NCBI GenBank assembly: GCA_903928015.1
Contig: CAIYPF010000116.1
Location: forward strand, 27,084 to 91,083
Origin: an uncultured Gammaproteobacteria bacterium
Lineage (GTDB): Bacteria > Pseudomonadota > Gammaproteobacteria > Pseudomonadales > UBA5518
Length of the DNA stretch: 64,000 nt
Direction: 5' to 3'
Below the pieces are notes generated by a model, which ran no database searches, was not told where the DNA came from, and worked only from the letters and a program-made list of their open reading frames with translations. A program made the position numbers and the translations under genes. Below, piece after piece: positions 63,382 through 64,000 of the stretch; position 1 is the stretch's first letter; each line of letters opens with the position of its first letter.

Positions 63382-64000
63382 TCACCGCCTCGGCGGCAAG
63401 CCTGCGCCAGGGGGCATCATCCCCCCGAGGCCGCGCATCATGTTCTGCATGGCGCCCTTGTTGCCCATCTTCTTCATCATTTTCTGCATCTGCTTGAACT
63501 GCTTCAGCAGTCGATTGAGATCCTGGATGGAGGTGCCAGATCCCTGGATGATCCTGCGCTTGCGCGACCCGTTAAGCATGTCGGGATCCTGCCGTTCGCG
63601 CGGCGTCATCGAATTGATGATGGCCTCCATGCGCACAAACATCTTGGTGTCGACGCGTGCTTGGGCTGCCTGCGCAAGCCCGCCCATGCCCGGCAGCTTG
63701 TCGAGCATCGCTGAAATGCCACCCATGCTCCGCATCTGCTGCAACTGGTCCCGAAAATCCTCGAGATCGAAGCCCTTGCCGCCCTTGCGGATTTTCTTGG
63801 CCAGTTTCTCGGCTTTGTCGCGATCGAGTTTGCGCTCGGCTTCCTCTATGAGCGACAGGATGTCGCCCATCCCGAGGATCCGGGATGCAACGCGGTCGGG
63901 ATGGAAAGGCTCGAGGGCGTCGGTTTTCTCACCGACGCCGAGAAACTTGATGGGCTTGCCCGTAACCGCGCGAACCGAAAGCGCCGCACCACCACGGGAG
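63382..64000 (-). CDS. ffh: Signal recognition particle protein Ffh, C-terminal part (N-terminus lies outside the window)
   Basis: The frame of ORF 63382..63870 stays open to the window edge. It reads ...TGKPIKFLGVGEKTDALEPFHPDRVASRILGMGDILSLIEE... and has a Met-rich M-domain tail. Confidence 0.9.
   Translation of the reverse strand, partial: SRGGAALSVRAVTGKPIKFLGVGEKTDALEPFHPDRVASRILGMGDILSLIEEAERKLDRDKAEKLAKKIRKGGKGFDLEDFRDQLQQMRSMGGISAMLDKLPGMGGLAQAAQARVDTKMFVRMEAIINSMTPRERQDPDMLNGSRKRRIIQGSGTSIQDLNRLLKQFKQMQKMMKKMGNKGAMQNMMRGLGGMMPPGAGLPPRR

Overview
This is a GC-rich, densely coding chromosomal segment with about 65 protein genes and 3 tRNAs. I found no rRNA, CRISPR array, transposase, phage gene or recognisable defence gene. 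Gene order resembles Pseudomonas and E. coli, suggesting a high-GC gammaproteobacterium: ffh-rpsP-rimM-trmD-rplS-xerD-dsbC-hom-thrC-recJ-prfB-lysS, and gacA/uvrY-uvrC-pgsA-tRNA(Gly-Cys-Leu). Left to right the window holds these blocks:

- a gap / glycogen block (gap, a Cys-less gap paralog, hsp20, pilZ, malQ, glgC, glgA, glgP)
- a six-gene envelope redox string (tlpA-like, DUF4266, DUF3570, apbE, RTX protein, dsbD)
- pgi and a shikimate-kinase-like gene
- small accessory genes, including a histone-H1-like KA-repeat protein
- a Tat-dependent molybdo-oxidoreductase (iorAB-like)
- a 5-oxoprolinase cluster (pxpBCA plus DUF969/DUF979)
- an lptA-like/lptF/lptG block joined to CDP-alcohol phosphatidyltransferase, flippase and nucleotidyltransferase genes
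- cell-envelope housekeeping genes (murB, ptp, kdsB, exbBD)
- a cyclic-nucleotide signalling island (Crp-like regulator, REC-cyclase, REC, hybrid kinase)
- the translation and recombination housekeeping block

Many long ORFs in the supplied track are antisense or out-of-frame shadows typical of high-GC DNA, and several real genes needed shorter starts. The four best candidates for undescribed biology are:

1. The tlpA-DUF4266-DUF3570-apbE-RTX-dsbD operon. Its DUF3570 outer-membrane protein carries a DxxSGAS flavinylation-type motif next to an ApbE that lacks a signal peptide.
2. A receiver-regulated class III cyclase with Glu/Gly (guanylate-cyclase-like) specificity residues, next to a Crp-like regulator.
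3. A GAPDH paralog lacking the catalytic cysteine, translationally coupled to a canonical gap.
4. lptFG fused into an operon with a CDP-alcohol transferase and a flippase.

All functional calls rest on motif and family recognition by eye. No database search was run.
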